Assembly (NCBI GenBank): GCA_022184915.1
Contig: JAGTJU010000001.1
Coordinates: 868,057-932,056 of the forward strand
Source of the DNA: Myxococcales bacterium
Lineage (GTDB): Bacteria > Myxococcota_A > Polyangia > Fen-1088
Length of the DNA stretch: 64,000 bases
Reading direction: 5' to 3'
Notes under the pieces: generated by a model
Told to the model about the DNA's origin: nothing
Database searches by the model: none
Seen by the model: only the letters and a program-made list of their open reading frames with translations
Made by a program: the position numbers and the translations under genes
Part shown: positions 33,771-42,674 of the stretch, in pieces
Position numbering within the stretch: the stretch's first letter is position 1
Layout of the letters: the number at the start of each line of letters is the position of its first letter

Positions 33771-34691
33771 TCACCTCGCGCTCGGGCGCCTTCGCCACGG
33801 TCTTGCGGCAAGGCCAAGCGCAAGCACGAGCCACGCCCAATGTTCAGGGGTGGCCCTGTGTCGACTGGCAAACGTGCACCCGCCGGCTGCCTCCGGCGGG
33901 ACTGCGGCGCAGGCTGTCGGATTCAAGGCGGCAGGCGTTGATGGGGTGGGCGTACAGGCGAGCGCTGGGGCTACGGGCGGGAAGAGGGCGCAGATGCCGG
34001 CCACGTCGTCGGCGGTGAGCCCCCGATAAGCCTCGACCGCATACGAGCGAAACATCAGAGCCTGCGGGTCCTGCGAGTGGGCCAGCCCCAGCGCGTGACC
34101 GGCTTCGTGGAGCGCCACGGTGGCAAGGTGGCCGCGTACCGATGCTGCATCGTCGCGGCGCAACTGTAGCCACAATTCGTTCAGTTCCACGTCGGCGTCG
34201 AAGACGCGTCCGTCGGGGAGTGTGAAAACGGGCGTGGTTCTTCCGGCCACGACCCCCGTGGCGAGTGTGATGACCGGCGGGTTCGGAAACTGGGGGCTGA
34301 TGCCCCAAACGTCGATGTTGTCTTCAGGAAGCGCTGTGCACGCAAACGGCAAGGCCGCATCAACCGGCGCCGCCACACTCACGGCGAAACGCGGTGGCGC
34401 TCCCGCACAGTCGACGGAAGCCCACGTCTCGAAGGCCTGTCGCACGAGCGCGGTCAGCTCGTCGTCGCTCACGCCCACCCGCACGCCGCTGCTTCGTTGA
34501 ACCGCCAGAGTCAGGCACGGGCTGCTGCGCCTGAGCGGTGCGCCTTGTATCGAGCACCCAGCCGCGTCGCGCTGGCAGGCCGCCCCGTCCGTTGCATCGG
34601 GATCGCATTGCCTCGCCAGGCAAAATGCCATCGCACGACTCTGTCCGAACCCGAACGCCACAAGGACCAAAAGCAACCTTGCAGCGCGCAT
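33771..34691 (-). CDS. matrixin (M10-like) metalloprotease with MYXO-CTERM-like tail
   Basis: HEAGHALGLAHS, Met-turn ALM, C-terminal GGC...TM...RRR. Confidence 0.85.
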   Translation of the reverse strand: MRAARLLLVLVAFGFGQSRAMAFCLARQCDPDATDGAACQRDAAGCSIQGAPLRRSSPCLTLAVQRSSGVRVGVSDDELTALVRQAFETWASVDCAGAPPRFAVSVAAPVDAALPFACTALPEDNIDVWGISPQFPNPPVITLATGVVAGRTTPVFTLPDGRVFDADVELNELWLQLRRDDAASVRGHLATVALHEAGHALGLAHSQDPQALMFRSYAVEAYRGLTADDVAGICALFPPVAPALACTPTPSTPAALNPTACAAVPPEAAGGCTFASRHRATPEHWAWLVLALGLAARPWRRRPSAR

Positions 34692-34718
34692 GTGGAGGAC
34701 CTGGCCAAAGTTCGTTGG

Positions 34719-35909
34719 CTAGTGACCCTGGGAAACCGAGCCCGCGCCCAAATCCTGAAGGGCTGCGTGGGCCTTCCGTGACAACGCCGAGGCGGCGTCG
34801 CCCTCGGCGAAACGTGTGGCGAGGGCCAAGGTCTCCTTGTCCGGAAACTGTTCCGCCAGGATTCCAAGGGCTTGCACCCGCTCGCCCTCCCGCGCGTTGG
34901 CATCCTTGACCACTGCCAAGGCGAGCTTCTTGAGGCGCGAACATTGGGCTCGGGTCGGGTCGCCATACGCATTGCGGGCGTCGGCGCCACAGAGGCTCTG
35001 GTATACGTCGAGTCCTGCCGCCAGGGGCTTTCCCGCCGCAAGCCGCGCCTCGTCGCTGGCCAAAACGTTTTCGAGGTAGGGGCTTCCACACGAGGCCAAA
35101 AAGGCGTGGGCCCGCGTGACGATGACGGCCCGCGTGTCCTTCGTGAGGTCCTTCATCCAGTCGCATACCTGCTTGTTTTCTTCGAGGGTGCGCCCGCCCA
35201 GGGCGCGGGGCGCTTCCACGGCAGCCACAGACACCTCGAGCGAGTCACTCCGGGCAACGTCCCAGAGCTTCTCGAAGACCCTCAACCGGGCCGTGGTCAT
35301 GATGTTGCGGTAAACCGCGGAGGCCAGTTTCTGCTTTCCAGGCTGGTCGATGAGCGGGTAAAGCTCGCCCTCGAGACCCACGGAGCCCACGACATGGGTG
35401 AGCACGGGTGCCACGTCGAGCGCCTGGGCCTCGGGAAGCGCTGCAAACTGCGCCATGAGCTTGCGCGTGATCTCCTTGTTCGGCACCGTGCCTGCGTTCT
35501 TGGCGTAGGCGCGCGCCAAAAGCTCGGCGGCGGCCGTTTTCATCTTGTCATCGCCGGTTTCGAGGACGAACGAGACCGTCTGCAGAACGCCGTGGCGCGG
35601 CTTGAGCCCCCGTGCACAGATCTTGACGATGTTCTCGAAGTAGTCGGAGTTGCACGACAAGGCCGAACGGGCCACATCGACGTTGCACCGGCGGGCCATG
35701 TTCCAAAAACCCTTGTAGACGTCCTTGTCTACGAAGGTGGGCAGCTTGGCCAGGGTCTCTTCGAGCTCCACCGCGGGATCGGCGGGCTTGACCTGAACGG
35801 GTGCCTGGGGCACCGCGGGTTTCCGCTTGCAACCGGGAAAACACGCTCCCACGAACGCAAAGAGCCAGAGCGAGCGGAGAACATTCTTCGAGGTGAGGGT
35901 TCTTTTCAT
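34719..35909 (-). CDS. hypothetical HEAT/ARM-like lipoprotein
   Basis: FPGC lipobox, helical repeats; start at MKRTLTSK. Confidence 0.65.
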   Translation of the reverse strand: MKRTLTSKNVLRSLWLFAFVGACFPGCKRKPAVPQAPVQVKPADPAVELEETLAKLPTFVDKDVYKGFWNMARRCNVDVARSALSCNSDYFENIVKICARGLKPRHGVLQTVSFVLETGDDKMKTAAAELLARAYAKNAGTVPNKEITRKLMAQFAALPEAQALDVAPVLTHVVGSVGLEGELYPLIDQPGKQKLASAVYRNIMTTARLRVFEKLWDVARSDSLEVSVAAVEAPRALGGRTLEENKQVCDWMKDLTKDTRAVIVTRAHAFLASCGSPYLENVLASDEARLAAGKPLAAGLDVYQSLCGADARNAYGDPTRAQCSRLKKLALAVVKDANAREGERVQALGILAEQFPDKETLALATRFAEGDAASALSRKAHAALQDLGAGSVSQGH

Positions 35910-36086
35910 GGCGTCACCAGACATTGGGGCACCGGCGGCATGTTCCCGCCTGAGCGCTCCGCTCGTTTGCCATTCCGTCGGTTCGCAAGCCAGACCAGAA
36001 GAGCCCGTACGGCGAACTTTTCCCGCGCCGTAACCAAACCGATGATTGACTTTCACCGAGCCGCCACATTTTGAGCCCGGCGTGCC

Positions 36087-36125
36087 AAAAAAGAAAAGGG
36101 GCCCGCGGCCTAAGCCGGGGCCCCT
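36087..36125 (-). terminator. Rho-independent terminator of paralog B
   Basis: AGGGGCCC/CGGC stem followed by TTTTCTTTTTT on the minus strand, 25 nt after the stop. Confidence 0.8.
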
Positions 36126-36149
36126 CGTCAAGCTTCTCTCTTTAGTAGC

Positions 36150-37682
36150 TTAGAAGCACTGGGCGTTGCAGCTGATGAAAGCCGAGTCCCAGATGACCGT
36201 CGCGTTGCCCATCGAGTAGTTGAAGTCGAAGTAGCGCGCGAGCACGTCTGCGTTCGCAGGGTTTTCGCCGGCGCCGGCCTTCATGATGGCCGCGCAGTCA
36301 CCCTGCGGAACGAAGCTGGGGTTTTCACAAGCGTCGATGTCCGCTTGGCTATTGCCACAGTAGCACGCTGCAGGAGCGATCTCGGTCCAGCAGGTGGGGT
36401 TGGCCTTGAGGCAGGACAGAACGTCCGCACAAGCCTGGTCGGGCGTACACACGCCGGCCAGGAACTCGCCGATCTCGGGAAGAGTCGAAAGGCAAGGCGT
36501 GCAGAGGTCCTCTGCGACGCGCTTACAAGCCACGCAGGTTGCGGAGGTCTCGTCGCACTCCTCACCGGCCTCGACCACACCGTTGCCACACGCCACGACG
36601 ATCTTGCAGTCGGCGCCGCAGGTTTGGCCAGGCACGATGCCGTCGGTGCCGTCGCACTCTTCAGAGGGCTGATTCTTGGCGCCGTCGCCGCAGACGGGGT
36701 TGTTGATGAGCGACTTGCAGTCCGAAGCGCAAGCCTGATTGGCGCCCACGCCCACCGTGCCGTCACACACTTCTTGCAGACCGGCCTGGATGATGCCGTC
36801 GCCACAGCTTTCGACCACGCAGCTCGCCGAGCAGCCGTCCTCGCTGGTGAGGTTGCCGTCGTCACAAGCCTCGGCGCCTTCCTTGGCACCGTCGCCACAC
36901 TGGCTGGCCTGAACGCACTGTACCCACACCTCTTCGGTGTCGAAGCAGTCGTCGTCCTCGAACTTCAGGCTGACGAACACGCCCGCCGAAGGCAGACCCG
37001 TGCGGGTGTCGACCACGGGGCTCGCGCCAAGGCCGGTGCAGGTGAAGGCCTGGCAGGCCGACGAGCCGGCTGCGCAGGTGGCCGTGGCCAAAGTGCCCAC
37101 GCCCGTGTTGGTCGCGTCATTGCGCACCGACCAAGAGAAGGCGGGGGTTCCCACGACCGCGCCGGCGTGCACCTCGGCCTCGACCGTGGTGCTCTCGCCC
37201 GTGAGGACGTTGGCGGGGATGGCGTAGACCTTCTTGATACGGTCAGCGCTGCAAGCACGCTTGTCGAACGTGGGGATGACCACGGCGGCGCCGTCATCGC
37301 TCATGTTCACAGCCTGGCAGAGCAAGGTGACCTCCACCTCGACGGTCTGTCCGGCCACAACGGTGAAGGCCTTCGAGCCGGTGCAGTCCGTGCCGTCAGA
37401 GGCCTGCGTGGCCAGGCTCACGGTGCAGTCGCCGGGGGTGAGACCACCGAACGAAGCCGTTACCGATCCCTTGACCACATTCAGCACGTGGCTCTGGGTC
37501 ACGTTGCTGGCGGGGCACGAGATCTGGAGGTTGATGGTGTCGACCGTCTGCTCGTCGGGCAGGGTCAGGTCGAAGTTGACGGACCCGGTGGTGGGCGAGT
37601 TGGCGCCCTCGGGGCCGCCGCTACAAGCGGCCAGCGTAAGGCCGGCGACAAGCGCGCCGACGGTTCCGAAGTTCTTGAACAT
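36150..37682 (-). CDS. Cys-rich lipoprotein paralog B
   Basis: AGGAG RBS, LAAC lipobox, same architecture as 32083-33615. Confidence 0.88.
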   Translation of the reverse strand: MFKNFGTVGALVAGLTLAACSGGPEGANSPTTGSVNFDLTLPDEQTVDTINLQISCPASNVTQSHVLNVVKGSVTASFGGLTPGDCTVSLATQASDGTDCTGSKAFTVVAGQTVEVEVTLLCQAVNMSDDGAAVVIPTFDKRACSADRIKKVYAIPANVLTGESTTVEAEVHAGAVVGTPAFSWSVRNDATNTGVGTLATATCAAGSSACQAFTCTGLGASPVVDTRTGLPSAGVFVSLKFEDDDCFDTEEVWVQCVQASQCGDGAKEGAEACDDGNLTSEDGCSASCVVESCGDGIIQAGLQEVCDGTVGVGANQACASDCKSLINNPVCGDGAKNQPSEECDGTDGIVPGQTCGADCKIVVACGNGVVEAGEECDETSATCVACKRVAEDLCTPCLSTLPEIGEFLAGVCTPDQACADVLSCLKANPTCWTEIAPAACYCGNSQADIDACENPSFVPQGDCAAIMKAGAGENPANADVLARYFDFNYSMGNATVIWDSAFISCNAQCF

Positions 37683-37767
37683 GGTTTGCTCCTGGTTGTC
37701 TTTGTGGTTGAACACGATGATCTGTCGCGCGGCATGAACCTGGCGACGTGGTCTGAATCGAGTCCCT

Positions 37768-37812
37768 CGTATACCCCGCAAGGGCGGAGGCCCGGTGTGA
37801 CGATCCGGTCGC
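37768..37812 (-). promoter_or_regulatory. putative activator box plus -10 (GCGAC-N6-GTCAC-N23-TATACG)
   Basis: matches the element upstream of paralog A. Confidence 0.5.
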
Positions 37813-37844
37813 AAGTCTTCGACGGAACACGTCCGCTTCTCCTG

Positions 37845-37866
37845 GAATCGGTGAGGTCACCGATTC
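37845..37866. promoter_or_regulatory. perfect inverted-repeat operator candidate
   Basis: GAATCGGTGA-GG-TCACCGATTC (10-2-10) in the divergent intergenic region. Confidence 0.6.
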
Positions 37867-37979
37867 AAAGTGTTCGATTATCGGAGATATCGTCATGGCG
37901 GGCGTGGCCCGTGCGTCCAAGGCTTGGTCGCGCGACAGATGCGGTCGATGCGTGGTCTTTTGGTCGCGGTTCGTTTTCT

Positions 37980-38017
37980 GAATCGTAACCCCTCGCGGGG
38001 AATGCCCGGGCTATACG
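37980..38017 (+). promoter_or_regulatory. putative activator box plus -10 (GAATC-GTAAC-N22-TATACG)
   Basis: same spacing as the other island promoters. Confidence 0.45.
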
Positions 38018-38097
38018 ACTCCTGCCTCGAAAGGGTATTCCGCCAACTTCGAACCGCTTGGTCGCTGCACATGAGCGATCATCCAGGAGGAACGACA

Positions 38098-40074
38098 ATG
38101 AATCGCACCATGAGACTCGTAGCGGGTTCCGTGTTCGTGCTGGGCATGACGAGCCCGGCATTCGCACAGAATCCCAACTTCATCGACACCACCCGCGCCA
38201 CGCCCAACGCCATCTCGGGCTCCGACACGCTCAACAAGGTGATGGACGACCTGCTCCTTCAGCTTCCGCTTTCGGGCGGCATCAACACCTACTTCGGCTG
38301 CGGTTCGTCCTGCGGCGAGCGTCAACTTGCCGGCTCGCCCAGCTCCGGCGATGGTGCCAACAATGGTTGTACACCCTCTGACGGCAACGGTGCTCCCGAA
38401 GCCAACCCTGGCTGCCAGGAGATCTCGGGCATGTCCCGCCCGCTTCAAAGCGGCATCTGCGATGACGACCCCAACTTCCCCGGCAGCACGAACGATCAGG
38501 CCGAGGGCCTTGCGTTCTGCGCCGACGGCCTCGTGATCCTCGGCAACAACGATTCCATCGGCGCCTACGGCACCGACGCAGCATCGTGCGCCGCCTACTT
38601 CGCGTCGTCCACCACGCCGAACACGGGTAACCAGTTCCCGGATCGTGGAGTGGGCGCTCTCCGCAACAGCGGTACCCTGGCCAGCGGGTATCAGATCGCG
38701 GACTGGAAAGACGTGATTCGGCTCGTATACACGGGCTGTACCAACGCCGACGGCACCTGCGCGAACACCACCAACCGCGTGACCCGCTGTGGGAGCGCCG
38801 TGCGCCGCGAAGTCGTCGAGAACTGGGGAAATCTTTTCCAGGGCGTGGCTTGCTCGCAGAGCGGCGGCTGCCCTTCGGGCCTCGTGCGCGCGTTCCGTCG
38901 CGACGATGCCTCTGGTACGACCGGCGTGTTCCTCGAGCTCATCGGCGTGGCGTTCAACGTGTCCACCAACATCACCTCACGCGCAGACGTGGTTTCGGGC
39001 ATTCCCCGCGCCATCACGCCCATGCCTGCGAACCTCTCGTTCTGCGACGGTGGCGACATCGAAGGTGTGATCCCAACGAACTTCGGCCCGAGTGGTGAAG
39101 CCGCCTTCGATCTGGGCGACCCGATCCGCACGGCGTGCCTTGCCGAGGACGACATCTGCGCCCGCGACGGCCGGCTCGGTCTCGTCCGCGCCATCCGCTC
39201 CACCGACACGGCCACCGTGGCCCAGGCCTATCCGGACTATCAATGCAAGCGCCTCTTCGCCTACCAGCAGTACATCAACGCGGCCTTGAACATTTGCCCC
39301 GACGGCACGAAGACCTCGGCGGGTCGCTGCCGCTTCCCCTACTACGAGGACGGCGCCTTCCGTACCTTCAACTGCATCGCGAACCAACGCTCTGCGTCTC
39401 CGGCCGCTCCGGCGGGCACCGACGGCCGTTCGTACAACTTCGTGGTCCACGCAGACGACGGCACCGTCTCCTTTGCCGACTTGAACCGCCGTCTGCCCGT
39501 CACCGCCTACTGGCGTCACAACATGGCCGTGCTGAACAACAGCGCGCTCGCCAACGGCAAGGTCCTCACGGCCGCCGACGTGGTCTGCCAGGAGAGCGAC
39601 GCCACGCGGAACATCGGTTGCCTCACGGCCAACTCGAAGTGCACCCTGGGCTACGCAGGCCGCGAAGCGGCGTTCAACAACTCGCAGCCCACGGTTCACC
39701 TGTCAAACGAGCCCGTCAAGCTGAATGGCTTTCCACCCTCGGGTGAGGCCGTTTCGGCCGGCAGCTACCCGTTCTCGCGCCTCCTCTTCATGAACGCCTC
39801 GCGCGGCTTCGAGAACATCATGGAGGATTGCAAGAACCGGGGCGGCACGAAGGCCTACTGCGAGGACCAGGTCCGCATCGCGCAGGAGTTCTTCACGGTG
39901 GGGCAGCCGGGCAACGTGCTCGGCGACATCTGCAGCAACGCGGGCTTCATTCCGCTGCCTGCCGCGCTGTGCGTGGGTGCTCAGGGCAGCGCTGGCTGTG
40001 GCGCTCCTTCGAGCCAGCCCCTCTCGGCATGCGCGATCGACGCCCGTTCGTATGACTCGCTCGTGAACAACTAA
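38098..40074 (+). CDS. secreted PstS/DING-like phosphate-binding-fold protein, Cys-rich (658 aa)
   Basis: AGGAGG RBS, AFA signal peptide, GSDTL, GSS, MSRPL, DGLVI, RRDDASGTT, YPFSRLL. Confidence 0.8.
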   Translation: MNRTMRLVAGSVFVLGMTSPAFAQNPNFIDTTRATPNAISGSDTLNKVMDDLLLQLPLSGGINTYFGCGSSCGERQLAGSPSSGDGANNGCTPSDGNGAPEANPGCQEISGMSRPLQSGICDDDPNFPGSTNDQAEGLAFCADGLVILGNNDSIGAYGTDAASCAAYFASSTTPNTGNQFPDRGVGALRNSGTLASGYQIADWKDVIRLVYTGCTNADGTCANTTNRVTRCGSAVRREVVENWGNLFQGVACSQSGGCPSGLVRAFRRDDASGTTGVFLELIGVAFNVSTNITSRADVVSGIPRAITPMPANLSFCDGGDIEGVIPTNFGPSGEAAFDLGDPIRTACLAEDDICARDGRLGLVRAIRSTDTATVAQAYPDYQCKRLFAYQQYINAALNICPDGTKTSAGRCRFPYYEDGAFRTFNCIANQRSASPAAPAGTDGRSYNFVVHADDGTVSFADLNRRLPVTAYWRHNMAVLNNSALANGKVLTAADVVCQESDATRNIGCLTANSKCTLGYAGREAAFNNSQPTVHLSNEPVKLNGFPPSGEAVSAGSYPFSRLLFMNASRGFENIMEDCKNRGGTKAYCEDQVRIAQEFFTVGQPGNVLGDICSNAGFIPLPAALCVGAQGSAGCGAPSSQPLSACAIDARSYDSLVNN

Positions 40075-40123
40075 GCCCTTGGGGCTTTACTGAGGGGCGC
40101 CTGTCCAGGGCGCTCCGGGACGG

Positions 40124-40160
40124 AAAAGGGCAGGTCACCTCGTGGGGCCTGCCCTTTTTT
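40124..40160 (+). terminator. Rho-independent terminator
   Basis: GGGCAGG...CCTGCCC stem followed by T6. Confidence 0.8.
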
Positions 40161-40248
40161 GTATCCGGATCCTCGTGGCAAGGGTTGTCACCGTAAGTTG
40201 ACACGACTGTTCGCTTCCGCCCGCCACGGCCCGTGTATAAGACGGTAG

Positions 40249-41385
40249 ATGCGACTCCCTCGGCATCGTTCAGCACAGACCCGTGCGCGGGGCGTCCTGG
40301 TTGCCTTGATGACGGCCTGGTCCCTTGCGTCCTGCGGAGACGACGTGCTGGCCCCCGAAGGCCCGAGCAACCCGGACCTGGTGCGTGAGGCGCGTGCCCT
40401 GGTGAGGGTCCAAGAGGTTCCCGAGGGGGTGCGCTGCCTGCGCGTCACGGTGGCGGGGGTGTTTACGATGCAGTTTTCCTTGGACGTCGAGGCGGGCAAG
40501 GTCACGTCTCTCTCCGCGGGGGGCCTGCCCACCGGCATTGTTCATTTTCAGGCGGAAGCCTTCGAGTCGGCCTGCGCTTCGGTGACGACCTCGGACATCG
40601 CTGAGTGGCGCAGCGCCCCGCAGACACAGACTTTGGTTGCGGGCACCACGGCTGTTTTGACGCTCGTGCTCCGCCGAAACGGGGTGGCGGAGGTAGGATT
40701 TGGCTTCGAGTTCGCAAAGCCCTGTGCGCCAGGCGCAAACGCCTGCAGCAGCGACGAGCTTTGTTTCGTGCTGGCCTGCGGGGACGCCTCCGGCGGATGC
40801 CTGAAGAGGCCGCTCACCTGTTCGCAACAATACGACCCCGTCTGCGGCTGTGATGGCGTGACCTATGCCAACGCGTGCGAAGCCGCCGCGGCAGATCGTT
40901 CGGTGGCCCACGCAGGCGCCTGCAGCTGCGGAGGCCCAAATGCTGTCACCTGCGCGGCAGGTTATGCGTGTACGTATCCGGACGGCGTCTGCGCCAGTCC
41001 TGGCCAAACGGGTGTATGTACGGCGGCGCCGGTGGCGTGCCCCAGTGTGTCCGAGCCCGTGTGTGGCTGCGACGGAAGAACGTATGCGAACCGCTGTCTG
41101 GCGGCAGCGGCTGGGGCATCGGTTCTCGCGGAAGGCGCTTGCGCGCCGATCCCCTGCGGAGGTCCGGTGAACGCAGGCTGTCCGGCCTCCATGTTCTGCT
41201 CGTTTGCGGACGGAACGTGCGCGGACCCGGTGCGCGTCGGTGTTTGCGTGGAGCGCCCTCGTCTTTGCCCCACGATACAGTACGCCCCCGTGTGCGCATG
41301 CAACGGCAAACAGTACACGAACGTCTGCCTCGCCAATGCGGTGGGCGCCTCCGTGGCCAACCGCGGCCCCTGCGTGTCCCCGTAG
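40249..41385 (+). CDS. lipoprotein with three Kazal-type domains
   Basis: LASC lipobox; PVCGCDGVTYANAC, PVCGCDGRTYANRC, PVCACNGKQYTNVC. Confidence 0.85.
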   Translation: MRLPRHRSAQTRARGVLVALMTAWSLASCGDDVLAPEGPSNPDLVREARALVRVQEVPEGVRCLRVTVAGVFTMQFSLDVEAGKVTSLSAGGLPTGIVHFQAEAFESACASVTTSDIAEWRSAPQTQTLVAGTTAVLTLVLRRNGVAEVGFGFEFAKPCAPGANACSSDELCFVLACGDASGGCLKRPLTCSQQYDPVCGCDGVTYANACEAAAADRSVAHAGACSCGGPNAVTCAAGYACTYPDGVCASPGQTGVCTAAPVACPSVSEPVCGCDGRTYANRCLAAAAGASVLAEGACAPIPCGGPVNAGCPASMFCSFADGTCADPVRVGVCVERPRLCPTIQYAPVCACNGKQYTNVCLANAVGASVANRGPCVSP

Positions 41386-41397
41386 CAAGGCGCGGTC

Positions 41398-41952
41398 ATG
41401 TCGACGAGAAGCGGTCCCATGAACGCGCGCACGAGAATCAACCTGGCTCTACTCGTCGGTGCTTTGTGCGTGTCCTGCGGCGATGGGCTTTGGTCGCCCG
41501 ACGCGGGTGCAGACGCGGCCCTCGTGGCGAGCGATGGCCCTCGCTTCGATTTCGAGACAGGCCCCCTTCCCGCCTGCGAAACGCCGCGCGTGAAGATCGT
41601 CGCTGCGTACCCTGGCGAAATCGCCGTGGGACAGTCCGCTCGGATCGAGGCGGCTTTGCTGACCTTCCCAGATGCTGATGGCGGTACGCCACAGCTCTCC
41701 TGGTGGCTTCAGCGTGCGGGCGCCGCTTCACCCACGGCGACTCTCGAGGTCCGCGGAGCTTGTGGTGCGGGTGCCGCCGCGTGTGCCACGGTCACGTGTA
41801 CCGATGCGCCTTCGGCTTTCGAGGCGGGCGACGCCGCGCTCAGCGATACGGAGATACAGGTCATGGTGCGCTACGACGACGGCTCGTGCTTCGATGCCAG
41901 TCGTATCTTCGTGCCGTGTCGGCCCGTCTCCCAGCGAGATGCGGGCTCCTGA
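41398..41952 (+). CDS. small lipoprotein: stand-alone copy of the second domain of paralogs A/B
   Basis: CVSC lipobox-like; aligns by eye (C...R+K.+.A.P, GTP.L+W, C..G..AC...TC, V.YDD..CFD...+++.C). Confidence 0.7.
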   Translation: MSTRSGPMNARTRINLALLVGALCVSCGDGLWSPDAGADAALVASDGPRFDFETGPLPACETPRVKIVAAYPGEIAVGQSARIEAALLTFPDADGGTPQLSWWLQRAGAASPTATLEVRGACGAGAAACATVTCTDAPSAFEAGDAALSDTEIQVMVRYDDGSCFDASRIFVPCRPVSQRDAGS

Positions 41953-42029
41953 AGGCTGTGCGTGTCGCCGTCCGTACGTCATCAAGTCGTCACTTGCCAC
42001 GGCCAGGCGCAGTAGGATAGGCACTGGGC

Positions 42030-42674
42030 GTGATTCGGCACGAACGCCCCTGCAAACCTGCAATCGCCAGCTGCAAGCGGATCGCTCTTGCCATGGCGTG
42101 CTGGGTTTGTTTCGTGCCCGGCTGCAATGACGTGGATGAGCGTCCCGCGGAGTGGGCCTTCATCGCGCCCGTCATCATTGCGCCCAACTGCGCCACGGCC
42201 AGCTGTCACTCTGCGCAGGCCGCAGCCGCAGGGCTTGATCTCTCGGAGCCTGGGAAGGCCTACGAGAGCTTGCTCGCGCAGGAGGCGCAGTACCTCGACC
42301 CTGGGGCCGTGGGCGTGGCGCCTGCCGTCTGCAGGGCAGAGCGGGGTGGGATCTTGTGTCCGACGACGAGACCCCTCGTGGCGCCCTGTCGCCCTGACGA
42401 GTCGAGGTTGGTGAACACCCTTTTCGCACGCGGCACGCAGCAGATGCCGCCGGATCGGCCGCTCCCCCTCGCGGATATCGAGCTCATCGAGCGCTGGATC
42501 CTGGCGGGTGCCAAGCGAAGTCCGCAGGACCTCCTCCCCCGTTGCGGAGAACCGTTGGCACCGGGCGCCGATGCGGGCGCACCGGATGCCGCCGCTCCTG
42601 CCGCGAACCTGGACGCAGCGTCAGCGTCTGATGCGGACGTTGGCGGAGCCAACGACGGCGGAGGTGTGGGATGA
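42030..42674 (+). CDS. monoheme c-type cytochrome lipoprotein (CX4CH)
   Basis: CATASCH, MPP axial-Met motif, IERWILAGA. Confidence 0.75.
   Translation: MIRHERPCKPAIASCKRIALAMACWVCFVPGCNDVDERPAEWAFIAPVIIAPNCATASCHSAQAAAAGLDLSEPGKAYESLLAQEAQYLDPGAVGVAPAVCRAERGGILCPTTRPLVAPCRPDESRLVNTLFARGTQQMPPDRPLPLADIELIERWILAGAKRSPQDLLPRCGEPLAPGADAGAPDAAAPAANLDAASASDADVGGANDGGGVG

Noticed and set aside
36070-36087. TGGCACG on the minus strand as a sigma54 promoter
   Set aside because: No GC at the -12 position (GG-N10-TC)
36345-37988. 547-aa plus-strand ORF
   Set aside because: Shadow of paralog B, caused by codon bias
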